Positions 1 to 9,800 of a DNA stretch of 64,000 nucleotides are shown one piece after another. The notes below the pieces were generated by a model. That model was not told the origin of the DNA. It made no database searches and saw only the letters and a list, made by a program, of their open reading frames with translations. The stretch comes from Anaerolineales bacterium (lineage in GTDB: Bacteria; Chloroflexota; Anaerolineae; Anaerolineales; Villigracilaceae). The stretch is taken from the NCBI GenBank assembly GCA_050305405.1, contig JBNLFG010000015.1:68971-132970 (forward strand). The letters are read 5' to 3'. A program made the translations under genes and the position numbers. How positions within the stretch are numbered: position 1 is the first letter of the stretch; each line of letters opens with the position of its first letter.

Positions 1-2
1 TC

Positions 3-1616
3 ACTATCACCTTTTTGGGAATACTTGCCTCTGCCCTCAATCTCATCATGGGGGAATATTTCTTCGTTCTCGATTTGATTCGCCCGGTTCTGCTTTGGTT
101 CGCCCTTGCAGAAATACCTGATTCCAAAGAACGCATCAAGCGCGGATTTTGGGCTTGGTTCCCTTATCTCATCATCTTCGCGGCTGGCGTATTGGGGCGT
201 TCCCTGATCTTCAACAATCAAGTCTACGGCTACAGTCTGCTCGACAATCTCAAAGAAGCCCCCCTCCCTGCGCTCTGGACGTTGATCCAAACCGTCGTTC
301 TCAGCCTGTGGACAACCCTCGTCTCTGCTTGGGGACAAGCCTTCGTTCTGCCGGATTTTGCTCTACAAGGTACTGTGACGATCGGGATTTATCTCGGCAT
401 TATTTTTGCTTCTTTTTTTATTGTCTTTCTTTCTTTACACAAAAAGAATGCAGTCTCTGAGCGGAGCGCAGCGCAGTCGAAGAGCGGTGCTAACAAACCC
501 CATCCTTCGACTACCGCTTCGATACGCCCGTCACTACATTCAGGGCTACTCAGCCTCCGCTCAGGAACTGACATACCTTTAATAACCATCGGCATCTTCG
601 CCATGCTCCTCGCTGGCGTTCCCTTCTGGCTGACAGACCTGCCCATCACACTCGGCTTTCCTGCCAACCGCGCGACATTGCCCTTCATCTTCGGCAGCAC
701 GTTCGTTCTGGTCGGCATTTTGCGCTTGATCCCGCGCCAAACGTTAACGACCATTCTGCTAACGCTGCTGATCGCATTCTCGGCGGGCCGACAATTCCTG
801 TGGGGGGACGAGTTCCGGCGTGACTGGCGCGTACAAAAGAATCTTTTCTGGCAATTATCGTGGCGTGTGCCCGCCCTCGAAGAAGACACAGCAATTCTGC
901 TCAACGAAGGCGCACTCAAATTTTATGCCGATAACTCCCTCGCCACCCCATTGAATTGGGTCTACGCACCCGGCACAACCGTAGAGCGCATCCCGTATAT
1001 GCTTTTTTATCCGCGCAGCCGCTTCGGGTTGGAAGCCGAAAATTTAGCGCCGAATATGCCTTTATCCCATGATTTCATCGCCAGCGAATGGAACGGCAAT
1101 TCCGACCAGATGCTGCTGGTTAATTTCGATCCGCCGGGGTGTCTGCATATTGTTGACCCCGCCCTTGATGAGAAGAATAAGTTCATTGCCGATCTGCTGA
1201 TCCGTAAGAATGCGGCTTACTCGCGCCCAGAATTAATCTTGCCAAACGGCGCGTCCGTGATGCCTACACTCTATGGCACGGAGCCTAATCACGGTTGGTG
1301 CTATTACTACGAGAAAGCAGACCTTGCCCGTCAATTCGGCGATTGGGACGAGGTTGTCCGCTTGGGCGCCCAGGCTTTTAATGCCGGGGATTACCCCAAC
1401 GACCCAACCGAGTATTTCCCGTTCATCGAAGGATATGCGCACACAGGAGACTGGGCGCAGGCCGAGCAACTATCCTTAAGAGCGTATCGGGTTTCCAAAA
1501 ATTATATGCGTCAAATGCTTTGTCCGCTCTGGGAAGAAGTTGGCGCCACGCTTCCTGAAAATCCTGACTCTGAAGCTTTCCTGATAAGTTTACGCACCTC
1601 TTTAAAATGTGACTAG
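3..1616 (+). CDS. 5'-truncated polytopic membrane protein with a soluble C-terminal domain. Function unknown. The ORF is open to the window edge.
   Basis: No stop codon lies upstream in frame. Multiple hydrophobic segments precede a hydrophilic C-terminus. Confidence 0.4.
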   Translation, partial: TITFLGILASALNLIMGEYFFVLDLIRPVLLWFALAEIPDSKERIKRGFWAWFPYLIIFAAGVLGRSLIFNNQVYGYSLLDNLKEAPLPALWTLIQTVVLSLWTTLVSAWGQAFVLPDFALQGTVTIGIYLGIIFASFFIVFLSLHKKNAVSERSAAQSKSGANKPHPSTTASIRPSLHSGLLSLRSGTDIPLITIGIFAMLLAGVPFWLTDLPITLGFPANRATLPFIFGSTFVLVGILRLIPRQTLTTILLTLLIAFSAGRQFLWGDEFRRDWRVQKNLFWQLSWRVPALEEDTAILLNEGALKFYADNSLATPLNWVYAPGTTVERIPYMLFYPRSRFGLEAENLAPNMPLSHDFIASEWNGNSDQMLLVNFDPPGCLHIVDPALDEKNKFIADLLIRKNAAYSRPELILPNGASVMPTLYGTEPNHGWCYYYEKADLARQFGDWDEVVRLGAQAFNAGDYPNDPTEYFPFIEGYAHTGDWAQAEQLSLRAYRVSKNYMRQMLCPLWEEVGATLPENPDSEAFLISLRTSLKCD

Positions 1617-1759
1617 ACAAGTTAAGAGATGCGATTTATCATCCTGAATGAGGATGTCTTGCATTCGACTTAAGGTTCCAAAAACCTTATTCTATGAAAT
1701 TGAAGCATGTAAATCTCGACTACGTGCTCAATATTTTATTCAACTTAAAAGGAGTAGAA

Positions 1760-3028
1760 ATGAATAAAAAAGTTTTATGGCTCGCTAGTGTTTTGATGAT
1801 CGCTGCTTTTGTACTGTCTGCCTGTGGCGGCGGTGCAGCAGCCCCGGCTGCTGAAGAACCCGCAGCAGCTGAAGAAGGCGCCGCTGAAGCACCTGCGGCC
1901 GAAGAAGCGGCCCCCGAAGGCGCTTATCAGATTCCGACCATCGAAGATGGCAAATATAATGTCGCTTTCGTTTACGTTGGACCACATGATGATGGTGGCT
2001 GGTCGCAGGCGCATGATGTTGGCCGCATGTGGGTAGAAGAGAACGTTGCTGACGTTCATACCGCTTATGTTGAGATCGTTGCCGAAGGCGCTGATGCTGA
2101 GCAAGTAATTCGCTCTTTAGCCCGCAAAGGCTTTGATGTCATCTTCACCACTTCCTTTGGCTATATGGATGCATCTGAAATCGTCGCCGACGAATTCCCG
2201 GATGTAGACATCATCCACTTGAGTGGTTACAAGGCTAATGGCGCCAACTTCGGTAACCTGATGGGCGCAATGGAAGACATGAAGTACCTCGCCGGGATGT
2301 TAGCTGGCTCTCGCACCAAGACCGATGGTAACGACAAAATCGGTTATATCGCCACCTTCCCGATCCCCGAAGAACTTCGCTTAGGCAATGCTTTTGCTTT
2401 AGGCGTACAAGAGACCTGCCCCGAATGCACCATCGACGTGCGCTGGATCTTCTCTTGGCATGATCCCATCCTTGAAAAAGAAGCTGCTTCCTCGCTCTTT
2501 GACAGTGGCGCACAGGTCGTAATGACTGGCGCTGACACTCCCGCTCCCGCCGAAGTTGCTCCTGAAGGCAAATGGGGCATCACCTATGACTACAGCGGCA
2601 ACTGCACCGTGCCCGCCTGCTTGACCTCCATGTACTGGAACTGGGGTCCCATTTATGGTGACATCGTTGAACAGTCGCGTGAAGGCACCTGGGTCGGCGG
2701 TTGGCAGTACTTCGATGCTGATGCTGGCGGTATGGGCTTGCTCGGCTTCATGGAAGGCGAAACCCCGCAACCCGGTGTTGAAGGTCTCCCCGCTGAAGAT
2801 CTGGCTCTGATCGAAGATACCCTCGCCAAGATGCTGGCTGGTGAATTCGACCGCTTTGATGTCTTCGCTGGTCCGATCACTGATAATCAGGGCAACGTTG
2901 TACTTGAAGACGGCGCCGAACTCGATCAGCTCGACCTCGATGGTTTCTCCCAATTCGGCAGCGAATGCACCACTTGTATGTACTGGTGGAACGAAAATAT
3001 CACCGCTGAATTGCCTGCGCTTGATTAA
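1760..3028 (+). CDS. BMP-family (basic membrane protein, nucleoside-binding) ABC substrate-binding lipoprotein
   Basis: AAGGAG RBS at 1748. Lipobox LSAC. Ala/Glu/Pro-rich tether, then a BMP/PnrA-like domain. Confidence 0.8.
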   Translation: MNKKVLWLASVLMIAAFVLSACGGGAAAPAAEEPAAAEEGAAEAPAAEEAAPEGAYQIPTIEDGKYNVAFVYVGPHDDGGWSQAHDVGRMWVEENVADVHTAYVEIVAEGADAEQVIRSLARKGFDVIFTTSFGYMDASEIVADEFPDVDIIHLSGYKANGANFGNLMGAMEDMKYLAGMLAGSRTKTDGNDKIGYIATFPIPEELRLGNAFALGVQETCPECTIDVRWIFSWHDPILEKEAASSLFDSGAQVVMTGADTPAPAEVAPEGKWGITYDYSGNCTVPACLTSMYWNWGPIYGDIVEQSREGTWVGGWQYFDADAGGMGLLGFMEGETPQPGVEGLPAEDLALIEDTLAKMLAGEFDRFDVFAGPITDNQGNVVLEDGAELDQLDLDGFSQFGSECTTCMYWWNENITAELPALD

Positions 3029-3047
3029 GTTTGTGCAGTAATAATGA

Positions 3048-3083
3048 GAGGCGACCCAAGATTTGGGTCGCCTCTTCTTTTTT
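3048..3083 (+). terminator. Intrinsic terminator/attenuator between the SBP and ATPase genes
   Basis: GAGGCGACCCA..TGGGTCGCCTC stem followed by a T-run. Confidence 0.6.
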
Positions 3084-3151
3084 AGCAATTATTTATTTCC
3101 ATCATGGTATGATTTTTTACGTCAATCCAACTTGATACAGGAGCGCTGCCT

Positions 3152-4678
3152 ATGACTTCATCTCCTCCCCCACATGCTGTTGAAATGAAAGACATTGTCA
3201 TTCGCTTTCCCGGCGTTTTGGCAAATGACCACGTCAATCTCACGTTGAAACACGGCGAGATCCATGCCCTTTTGGGCGAGAATGGCGCTGGCAAGAGCAC
3301 TTTAATGAACGCCCTCTCGGGTCTATATAAACCCGTTTCAGGCACAATGAAGGTACACGGCGAAACTGTCAGCTTTAACTCACCCAAAGATGCCATCGCC
3401 AAAGGGATCGGGATGGTGCATCAGCACTTTATGCTTGTCCCCACCCAAACCGTGACCGAGAATATTCTGCTCGGATTGAATGAACCCAAGTTCTTTATGA
3501 ACCTGACAAAATACGATCAGAAGATCAGAGACCTTCAAGATCAATTCGGTCTGCGCGTCGATCCGACAGCCAAAATTTGGCAACTTTCAGTCGGCGAGCA
3601 GCAGCGCGTTGAAATTTTGAAAGTGCTCTATCGCGGTGCAGATATTCTCATCATGGATGAACCGACAGCCGTTCTTGCCCCGCAAGAGATCGACGATTTG
3701 ATGAAGACCATGCACACCATGACAGAGCAGGGCAAATCGATCATTTTCATCAGCCACAAACTCCACGAAGTAACCACCGTTGCCAATCGACTGACGGTTT
3801 TACGCAAAGGCGTTGCCACTGCGGAAGGCATCAGCATTGAAGGCTTGACGGGTGAAAAACTCGCCGAATTGATGGTCGGGCGCAAGGTCATTTTCAATAT
3901 TGAGAAGAAGGAGCAAGAGCCGGGCGAGGTGGTACTCGATATTCGCGGTGTAAGTGCTGAAAATAATAAGGGCGTAAAGGCGCTTAATAATCTTTCGCTG
4001 GATGTCCGTGAAGGTGAAATTTTGGGCATTGCCGGTGTTGCGGGTAATGGACAAAGTGAATTGGCAGAAGTCATTACAGGGTTACGGGCTTGTGAGGGCA
4101 GTATCCTGATCAACGGAGAAGATGTTGCCAACGCGGAACCAGGCAAAGCCATCGCGAGCGGCGTCGCACACGTTCCCGAAGATCGCACCGGTGTTGGATC
4201 CGCTCCGAATATGAGCATCACAGAAAACACCATCATGAAGAATTACCGCGAGGAACCAATCGGCAGCCGTTGGAGCATCAACTTCACGGAAGCGCGCAAT
4301 CACGCCCGTGAATTGAAAGAAGCCTACGATATTCTCGCCCCTAACGTGCGGACGATGGCTCGCAAACTATCTGGCGGCAACTTGCAAAAAGTAATTCTTG
4401 CGCGCGAGATCACCACCCAGCCGAAATTGATGGTTGCCATGCAGCCAACACGCGGCCTGGATGTGGGTGCGATCGAATCCATTCAGCGGCTGCTGCTTGG
4501 ACAGCGTGAAGCGGGCACCGCCATTTTATTGATCTCGGAAGAGTTGGATGAGTTACTGACCCTCAGCGACCGGATTGCCGTTCTTTATGAAGGTGAAGTG
4601 ATGGGCATTATCGATGCTAAAAACGCAGATATCAACGAGATCGGTCTCATGATGACCGGACAAAGGAGCAACGCATGA
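3152..4678 (+). CDS. ABC transporter ATP-binding protein with duplicated ATPase domains (sugar/nucleoside type)
   Basis: Two Walker A motifs (GENGAGKST and GVAGNGQSE) and LSGG signatures. Confidence 0.85.
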   Translation: MTSSPPPHAVEMKDIVIRFPGVLANDHVNLTLKHGEIHALLGENGAGKSTLMNALSGLYKPVSGTMKVHGETVSFNSPKDAIAKGIGMVHQHFMLVPTQTVTENILLGLNEPKFFMNLTKYDQKIRDLQDQFGLRVDPTAKIWQLSVGEQQRVEILKVLYRGADILIMDEPTAVLAPQEIDDLMKTMHTMTEQGKSIIFISHKLHEVTTVANRLTVLRKGVATAEGISIEGLTGEKLAELMVGRKVIFNIEKKEQEPGEVVLDIRGVSAENNKGVKALNNLSLDVREGEILGIAGVAGNGQSELAEVITGLRACEGSILINGEDVANAEPGKAIASGVAHVPEDRTGVGSAPNMSITENTIMKNYREEPIGSRWSINFTEARNHARELKEAYDILAPNVRTMARKLSGGNLQKVILAREITTQPKLMVAMQPTRGLDVGAIESIQRLLLGQREAGTAILLISEELDELLTLSDRIAVLYEGEVMGIIDAKNADINEIGLMMTGQRSNA

Positions 4679-5790
4679 ATCTGCCCTTTAAAATAATTCT
4701 TGAAAAACGTACCGATGATGTGCCAAAGTGGCTGCCCGCAGCGACAGCATTTGGCTCTGTCATCGTCGCCTTTATCATCAGCGGCATTGTTCTCAAGATC
4801 ATTGGCGGCGAACCGTTGCGCGTCTTGAAATTTTTCTTCACCGCCACCTTTGGCTCGTGGCCCGTTATCTCCGATACACTCGTCAAAGCGACACCGCTCA
4901 TCATGGTCGGTCTGGCCTGTTCGGTTGCCTTCAAAATGAAACTCTGGAATATCGGCGCGGAAGGCCAATTCTATATCGGGGCCTTCGCAGCCAGCCTGGT
5001 TGTGCTCATTCCGATGGTCGATCTTGAAACCACGCCAAAGTTCATTGTGATCGGCTTAATGATCATCATGGGCATGATCGGCGGCGCGGTCTGGGGTTTC
5101 TTCCCGGGCTATCTCAAAGCCAAATACAAAGTCAACGAGATCATCACCACGCTGATGCTCAACTATATCGCGCTCTACTGGAACAACTTCTGGATTTTCG
5201 ACAAGTGGAGTGATGCTGGGTTCCAGATGACCCCAACCTTCCCAAAAGTTGCCTGGTTGCCGCGTCTTTCCGATTTGGCCAAAGAATATAAAGTCTTTTC
5301 CGGCATCACCCTCCATTTGGGCGTGGTCTTTGGCATTATCGCCGCCATCATCATCTGGTGGATTCTTGAACGCAGCCACTGGGGCTACCAGATCAAACTG
5401 ATCGGTGACAACCCGAAGGCGGCGCGGTATGCCGGTCTCAACATCAGCCGCAACCTGATCCTCGTCATGATGCTCTCCGGCGCACTGGCAGGCTTGGCAG
5501 GCATGGCTGAAGTCAGTGGTGTTGTTCACCGCCTGCAAGAGCGCATCTCCCCCGGCTACGGCTTTACGGGCATCATCGTCGCATGGCTGGCAAAGCTCAA
5601 CCCCTTCGCCGTGATCCTCGTTTCGGTACTCTTCGGCGCACTTATCGTTGCCGGGCGCGAAATTCAGCCTTCAGGATTATCTTCCCTCCTGCAAGGCATC
5701 ATTCTCTTCATGGTCATCAGCAGTGATGTTCTGCTGCGCTACCAAATCCGTATCGTACGCACAGAACAGACAGAGCAGGAGGCAGCATGA
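4675..5790 (+). CDS. ABC transporter permease (BMP-type uptake system)
   Basis: Polytopic membrane protein. Translationally coupled to the ATPase by an ATGA overlap. Confidence 0.8.
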   Translation: MNLPFKIILEKRTDDVPKWLPAATAFGSVIVAFIISGIVLKIIGGEPLRVLKFFFTATFGSWPVISDTLVKATPLIMVGLACSVAFKMKLWNIGAEGQFYIGAFAASLVVLIPMVDLETTPKFIVIGLMIIMGMIGGAVWGFFPGYLKAKYKVNEIITTLMLNYIALYWNNFWIFDKWSDAGFQMTPTFPKVAWLPRLSDLAKEYKVFSGITLHLGVVFGIIAAIIIWWILERSHWGYQIKLIGDNPKAARYAGLNISRNLILVMMLSGALAGLAGMAEVSGVVHRLQERISPGYGFTGIIVAWLAKLNPFAVILVSVLFGALIVAGREIQPSGLSSLLQGIILFMVISSDVLLRYQIRIVRTEQTEQEAA

Positions 5791-6752
5791 ATTTAGAGAT
5801 CATTCTCCACGCTGGTTTAGCGACCGGCACCATTCTCCTATTTGCCGCGATCGGTGAAATTTTCGCCGAACGCGCAGGCATTCTCAACCTCGGCGTCGAA
5901 GGCATGATGCTGCTCGGCGCGATGGCAGGCTTCAGCACATCCCTCTCAACGGGGAACGCCTGGCTCGGTTTGCTGGTCGCCATGCTTGCCGGTGGGATTT
6001 TGAGTCTCGCACACGGATTGGTGACAATCCACTTCCAGGCGGATCAGGTCGTTAGCGGCCTCTCGCTGACCTTCCTTGGAACAGGGCTTGCCCTCGTTTT
6101 AGGAGAGGGGCTCACCGGTCAGAATCCGGCGTTAATTCCCACCGTCAGCATCCCCCTGCTCTCTCAAATCCCCTTCCTGGGGCCGGTCTTCTTCGCAGAG
6201 CACAGCGTGCTGGTCTACATCGGCTACATCTTTGCGCCGCTCTCTGCCTACTACGTCTACAAAACCCGTCCCGGAATGCACCTACGCGCGGTCGGAGAAA
6301 AGCCATCCGCAGCCGACACCCTCGGCATCAACGTTTACGGCGTGCGTTACTTCTATACCTTCGTCGGCGGGATGTTGGCAGGGCTGGCAGGCGCGACCAT
6401 CACTCTCTCCATATCACCGGGTTGGTACAGTACCCAGACCACCTCCGGACAGGGCTGGATCGCCGTTGGCTTGGTCATCTTCGCCCAGTGGAATCCGCTG
6501 CGCGCTGCCTTTGGCGGCTACCTCTTCGGCATGTTGCGTCGCTTCATCCTTGATCTTCAAGGCCCAGCTTTACTCTTTGGCTTTGCCAATCCGCTTTACG
6601 TCAACTCGAACTACGGCTTCTTCCTCCAAATGATGCCCTTCGTGCTGACCATCATTGCTCTGGTTTGGGGCTCACGCGCTGCAACCAAGAAACGACTTGG
6701 CTCACCTGCTGCGCTTGGCATCCCCTACATACGCGGTGAACGCGGTTTATAA
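5787..6752 (+). CDS. ABC transporter permease (second subunit)
   Basis: Polytopic. ATGA overlap with the upstream permease. Confidence 0.8.
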   Translation: MNLEIILHAGLATGTILLFAAIGEIFAERAGILNLGVEGMMLLGAMAGFSTSLSTGNAWLGLLVAMLAGGILSLAHGLVTIHFQADQVVSGLSLTFLGTGLALVLGEGLTGQNPALIPTVSIPLLSQIPFLGPVFFAEHSVLVYIGYIFAPLSAYYVYKTRPGMHLRAVGEKPSAADTLGINVYGVRYFYTFVGGMLAGLAGATITLSISPGWYSTQTTSGQGWIAVGLVIFAQWNPLRAAFGGYLFGMLRRFILDLQGPALLFGFANPLYVNSNYGFFLQMMPFVLTIIALVWGSRAATKKRLGSPAALGIPYIRGERGL

Positions 6753-6771
6753 GGAAAATTTTTACACGATC

Positions 6772-6813
6772 AAAAAACTTCCGAAGTTTTGAAAACTTCG
6801 GAAGTTTTTGTTT
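6772..6813. terminator. Bidirectional intrinsic terminator
   Basis: AAAACTTCCGAAGTTTT followed by its exact reverse complement AAAACTTCGGAAGTTTTT, with T-runs. Confidence 0.7.
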
Positions 6814-7255
6814 AATTTCTCGCTTGTGCGATCACTTCACGTTGGAGCGGAACATGATGCCAATCAATATCCAAGTGATGAAAAGATAGGCAAGGTCAAA
6901 AACGATCTCCACCCACATGCGTACTGGTTCAGACAAATCATTCTCCTTTACTGTTGCAATGCAACAGACCGGATTATTATAATGCTAAGGAATAAGCCGT
7001 AAATAATAACGTGCGCATTTCCAAACAAGAAGATCGTGCCGGTTGAGTAGGCTGACAGTTTCATCGTCAGCCGTATCGAAACCAAACAGTTTGCTACTAC
7101 AATTTCGCTACTTAATCTCCGCCATCAGAATACTGCAAACAGGAAAGTTATTTACTTCCCACTCCTAAGCCAGATCGAAAGCAGAAACTACGGTTTATTT
7201 TTAGGCTTCAATGATAAAATTCAGCATACTAACCAACCAATAAAGGGTATCGGAT

Positions 7256-8497
7256 ATGAACCACTCATTCAGCTACGAATGCTCCATTTGCGGAAAGAAA
7301 TATGCGCCAGACGACATCACCTATACCTGCTATCAGGATGGGGGAAACTTGAACGTCATGCTGGATTATGCGGCTATCCAGCAAAAATACCATCCTGATG
7401 ATATTACCTCACGCACCGAGACATCGCTCTGGCGCTATCTACCCCTGCTGCCTGTCTCTGCGCCCGAGGGCGAGAACACCCCCCTCTACGCTGTCGGCTG
7501 GACACCAACTTTTGAGTTTCCCCGCCTTGCCGCCAAATTGGGTTTGCATAATCTCTGGCTCAAAGATGAGAGCAGCAATCCAACCGCCTCCTTCAAAGAT
7601 CGCGCCAGTGCTATTCTGGTTGCACGCGCGGGCGAGATCGGCGCGGATGTGATCGTGACGGCATCCACGGGTAACGCGGGTGCAGCACTAGCGGGAATGT
7701 GTGCGGCTGCCGGGCATAAAGCGGTCATCTTTGCGCCCAAGACCGCGCCTGTCGCCAAGATCACGCAGTTGCTGGTCTTCGGCGCACAAGTGATGCTAGT
7801 GGATGGTAATTATGACGACGCGGTTGAACTTGCAGTCAAAGCGGCGAATGAGTTCGGCTGGTATTGCCGCAACACAGGTTACAACCCCTTCACGCTCGAA
7901 GGCAAGAAGACAGCTGCCTTTGAAATTTGGGAATGGGCGCTCAAGACCCTCCCTGAACATAGCAAACCCTTGACAATTTTCGTCTCGGTTGGGGATGGGA
8001 ATATCATCTCGGGCATACACAAGGGTTTTAAAGACCTTAAGCGTTTAGGCTGGCTGGGACAAATGCCGCGCATCATCGGCGTGCAGGCGGAAGGTTCAGC
8101 CGCCATCGCAAATGCCTACCATAACGGGACCGAGAATATCACGCCGGTCTCGGCGACGACGATGGCAGACAGCATCTCGGTCGATATGCCCAGCGACGGT
8201 GTGCGCGCCCTGCGTGCGGCAACCGAGACGGGCGGACGATATGTGATCGTCAGCGATGAGCAGATTTATGCTGCCATAGCGGAACTCGGTCGGGTGGGCG
8301 TTTTTGCGGAACCTGCCGGGGCGACGGCCTATGCCGGTTTGGTGGAAGCAATTTCACAGGGGAGCGTTGCGACAGATGATCCTGTCCTCGTCCTGAATAC
8401 AGGCAGTGGGTTGAAGGATGTTAAGGCTGCGATGAAATCCGTATCTGAAGCGCCGATCATAGCACCGACGTTGGAGGCTGTGAAAGCACAATTATGA
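7256..8497 (+). CDS. thrC: Threonine synthase (PLP-dependent)
   Basis: FKDR PLP-lysine motif. N-terminal Cys-rich zinc-ribbon-like segment typical of the small ThrC type. Confidence 0.8.
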   Translation: MNHSFSYECSICGKKYAPDDITYTCYQDGGNLNVMLDYAAIQQKYHPDDITSRTETSLWRYLPLLPVSAPEGENTPLYAVGWTPTFEFPRLAAKLGLHNLWLKDESSNPTASFKDRASAILVARAGEIGADVIVTASTGNAGAALAGMCAAAGHKAVIFAPKTAPVAKITQLLVFGAQVMLVDGNYDDAVELAVKAANEFGWYCRNTGYNPFTLEGKKTAAFEIWEWALKTLPEHSKPLTIFVSVGDGNIISGIHKGFKDLKRLGWLGQMPRIIGVQAEGSAAIANAYHNGTENITPVSATTMADSISVDMPSDGVRALRAATETGGRYVIVSDEQIYAAIAELGRVGVFAEPAGATAYAGLVEAISQGSVATDDPVLVLNTGSGLKDVKAAMKSVSEAPIIAPTLEAVKAQL

Positions 8498-9642
8498 GTC
8501 GTGAACAGTGGAGTACACCAGCGCGTTATCTGACGCTGATTTTGATCGTCGTTTTTCTTGCCGGGTTGAGTTGGTATTCACGCACGATCTTTCAACCGCT
8601 GATCATTGCCGGGCTACTTGCCTATGTGATGATGCCTGCGGTGAATTGGCTGAAAGAGAAGCTAAAGATGAAACACAAATGGGCTGTCAATCTGGTCTAT
8701 TTTGTGCTTTTGGCGCTCGTATTGGCTTCGCCAGTCTTTTTTGTTCCAGAACTACTTTCACAATTACAGATATTCTCTGATGACCTGTTGCGCCTCTACG
8801 AACAGGCACTCGCCTTTCTAAATAAGCCGATTTACTTTGGCACTTTCGTGATCGAAATTGGGGATTACTTCCCTGAGCTTGAAAACTCGGTCGCGAATAT
8901 GCTCAGCGCAATCCCTGAACGCGCCCTGCAAATTTTGGAAAGCACGTCGCGTAATACCGCCTGGTTCTTTGTAATCGTGGTAGCGGTCTATTATTTACTG
9001 CTGGACTGGGACAAGATCCGTGATGGGATCATTCGGCAAGCGCCCGTGGATTATCGACGGGATGCACGCACGATCTTTTTGGAGATCAAAGAGATTTGGG
9101 CATCCTACCTGCGCAGTCAATTGGCCTTGATGGGGATCGTGGGTGTGGTTTTCTCGATCGTTTGGTTGGCGATTGGTTTGCCGGGGGCATTGATTATTGG
9201 TATCTTGACGGGATTGCTCAACATCATCCCGGATTTGGGCCCCTTGGTCGCGACGGTCATTGCACTAGGTGTCGCTTTGCTTGAAGGTTCGCTCTTTTTA
9301 CCGATCTCGAATTTCTGGTTCACGGTTTTGGTCTTGGTGATCTATCTGGTGCTGGTGAATCTAAAAAATATCTGGCTGCGACCGCGCCTGATGGGACGCA
9401 GCGTGCATCTACACGAGGGCTTGGTTTTCATCGCCATTATCGCGGCGGTGCTGCTACAAGGTATCTTGGGCGCAATCATCGTTGTGCCGGTCATCGCCTC
9501 GGTGCTGGCGATTGGACGCTATTTGAAGGCGGGCATCATGGGCTATGAGCCCGTTTTACGCGATGATTTGTATGCGGCTTGGGAGGCGGAGCAGGGGATA
9601 ACAAAAAAAGAGCCAGAAAAAGACAACAAAGAACAAGTATAG
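8494..9642 (+). CDS. AI-2E family transporter (PerM/YhhT-like)
   Basis: 8-TM topology with family-typical length. ATGA overlap with thrC. Confidence 0.6.
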   Translation: MSREQWSTPARYLTLILIVVFLAGLSWYSRTIFQPLIIAGLLAYVMMPAVNWLKEKLKMKHKWAVNLVYFVLLALVLASPVFFVPELLSQLQIFSDDLLRLYEQALAFLNKPIYFGTFVIEIGDYFPELENSVANMLSAIPERALQILESTSRNTAWFFVIVVAVYYLLLDWDKIRDGIIRQAPVDYRRDARTIFLEIKEIWASYLRSQLALMGIVGVVFSIVWLAIGLPGALIIGILTGLLNIIPDLGPLVATVIALGVALLEGSLFLPISNFWFTVLVLVIYLVLVNLKNIWLRPRLMGRSVHLHEGLVFIAIIAAVLLQGILGAIIVVPVIASVLAIGRYLKAGIMGYEPVLRDDLYAAWEAEQGITKKEPEKDNKEQV

Positions 9643-9670
9643 TTTCTCAGTAAAAAACATGTGCGATTCC

Positions 9671-9700
9671 AGTGCCTTCCTGATAGGAAGGCACTTTTTG
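9671..9700 (+). terminator. Intrinsic terminator
   Basis: AGTGCCTTCC-tgata-GGAAGGCACT followed by TTTTT. Confidence 0.7.
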
Positions 9701-9800
9701 TATATATAACGCTAACAAAGAAAGACTTGACTCAACAGGATTTAAGGATACAATAGTCATTAGTGACTATTACAAAAATGACTATATAGGAGAAAAAATT

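Noticed and set aside
389-919. Numerous 60 to 230-aa ORFs antisense to or overlapping confident genes. Examples are 389..919 minus, 2399..3088 minus, 3628..4236 minus, 13463..14143 plus, 21110..21736 minus and 26780..27385 plus.
   Set aside because: They lie entirely inside strong coding regions on the other strand. They lack an RBS or domains. They are typical six-frame noise in GC-balanced DNA.
7003-7255. The thrC leader read as a T-box or a known amino-acid riboswitch.
   Set aside because: No T-box consensus (AGGGUGGNACCGCG) and no specifier-loop arrangement is present. The motif is instead shared with an unrelated gene leader. I report it as an unclassified element.
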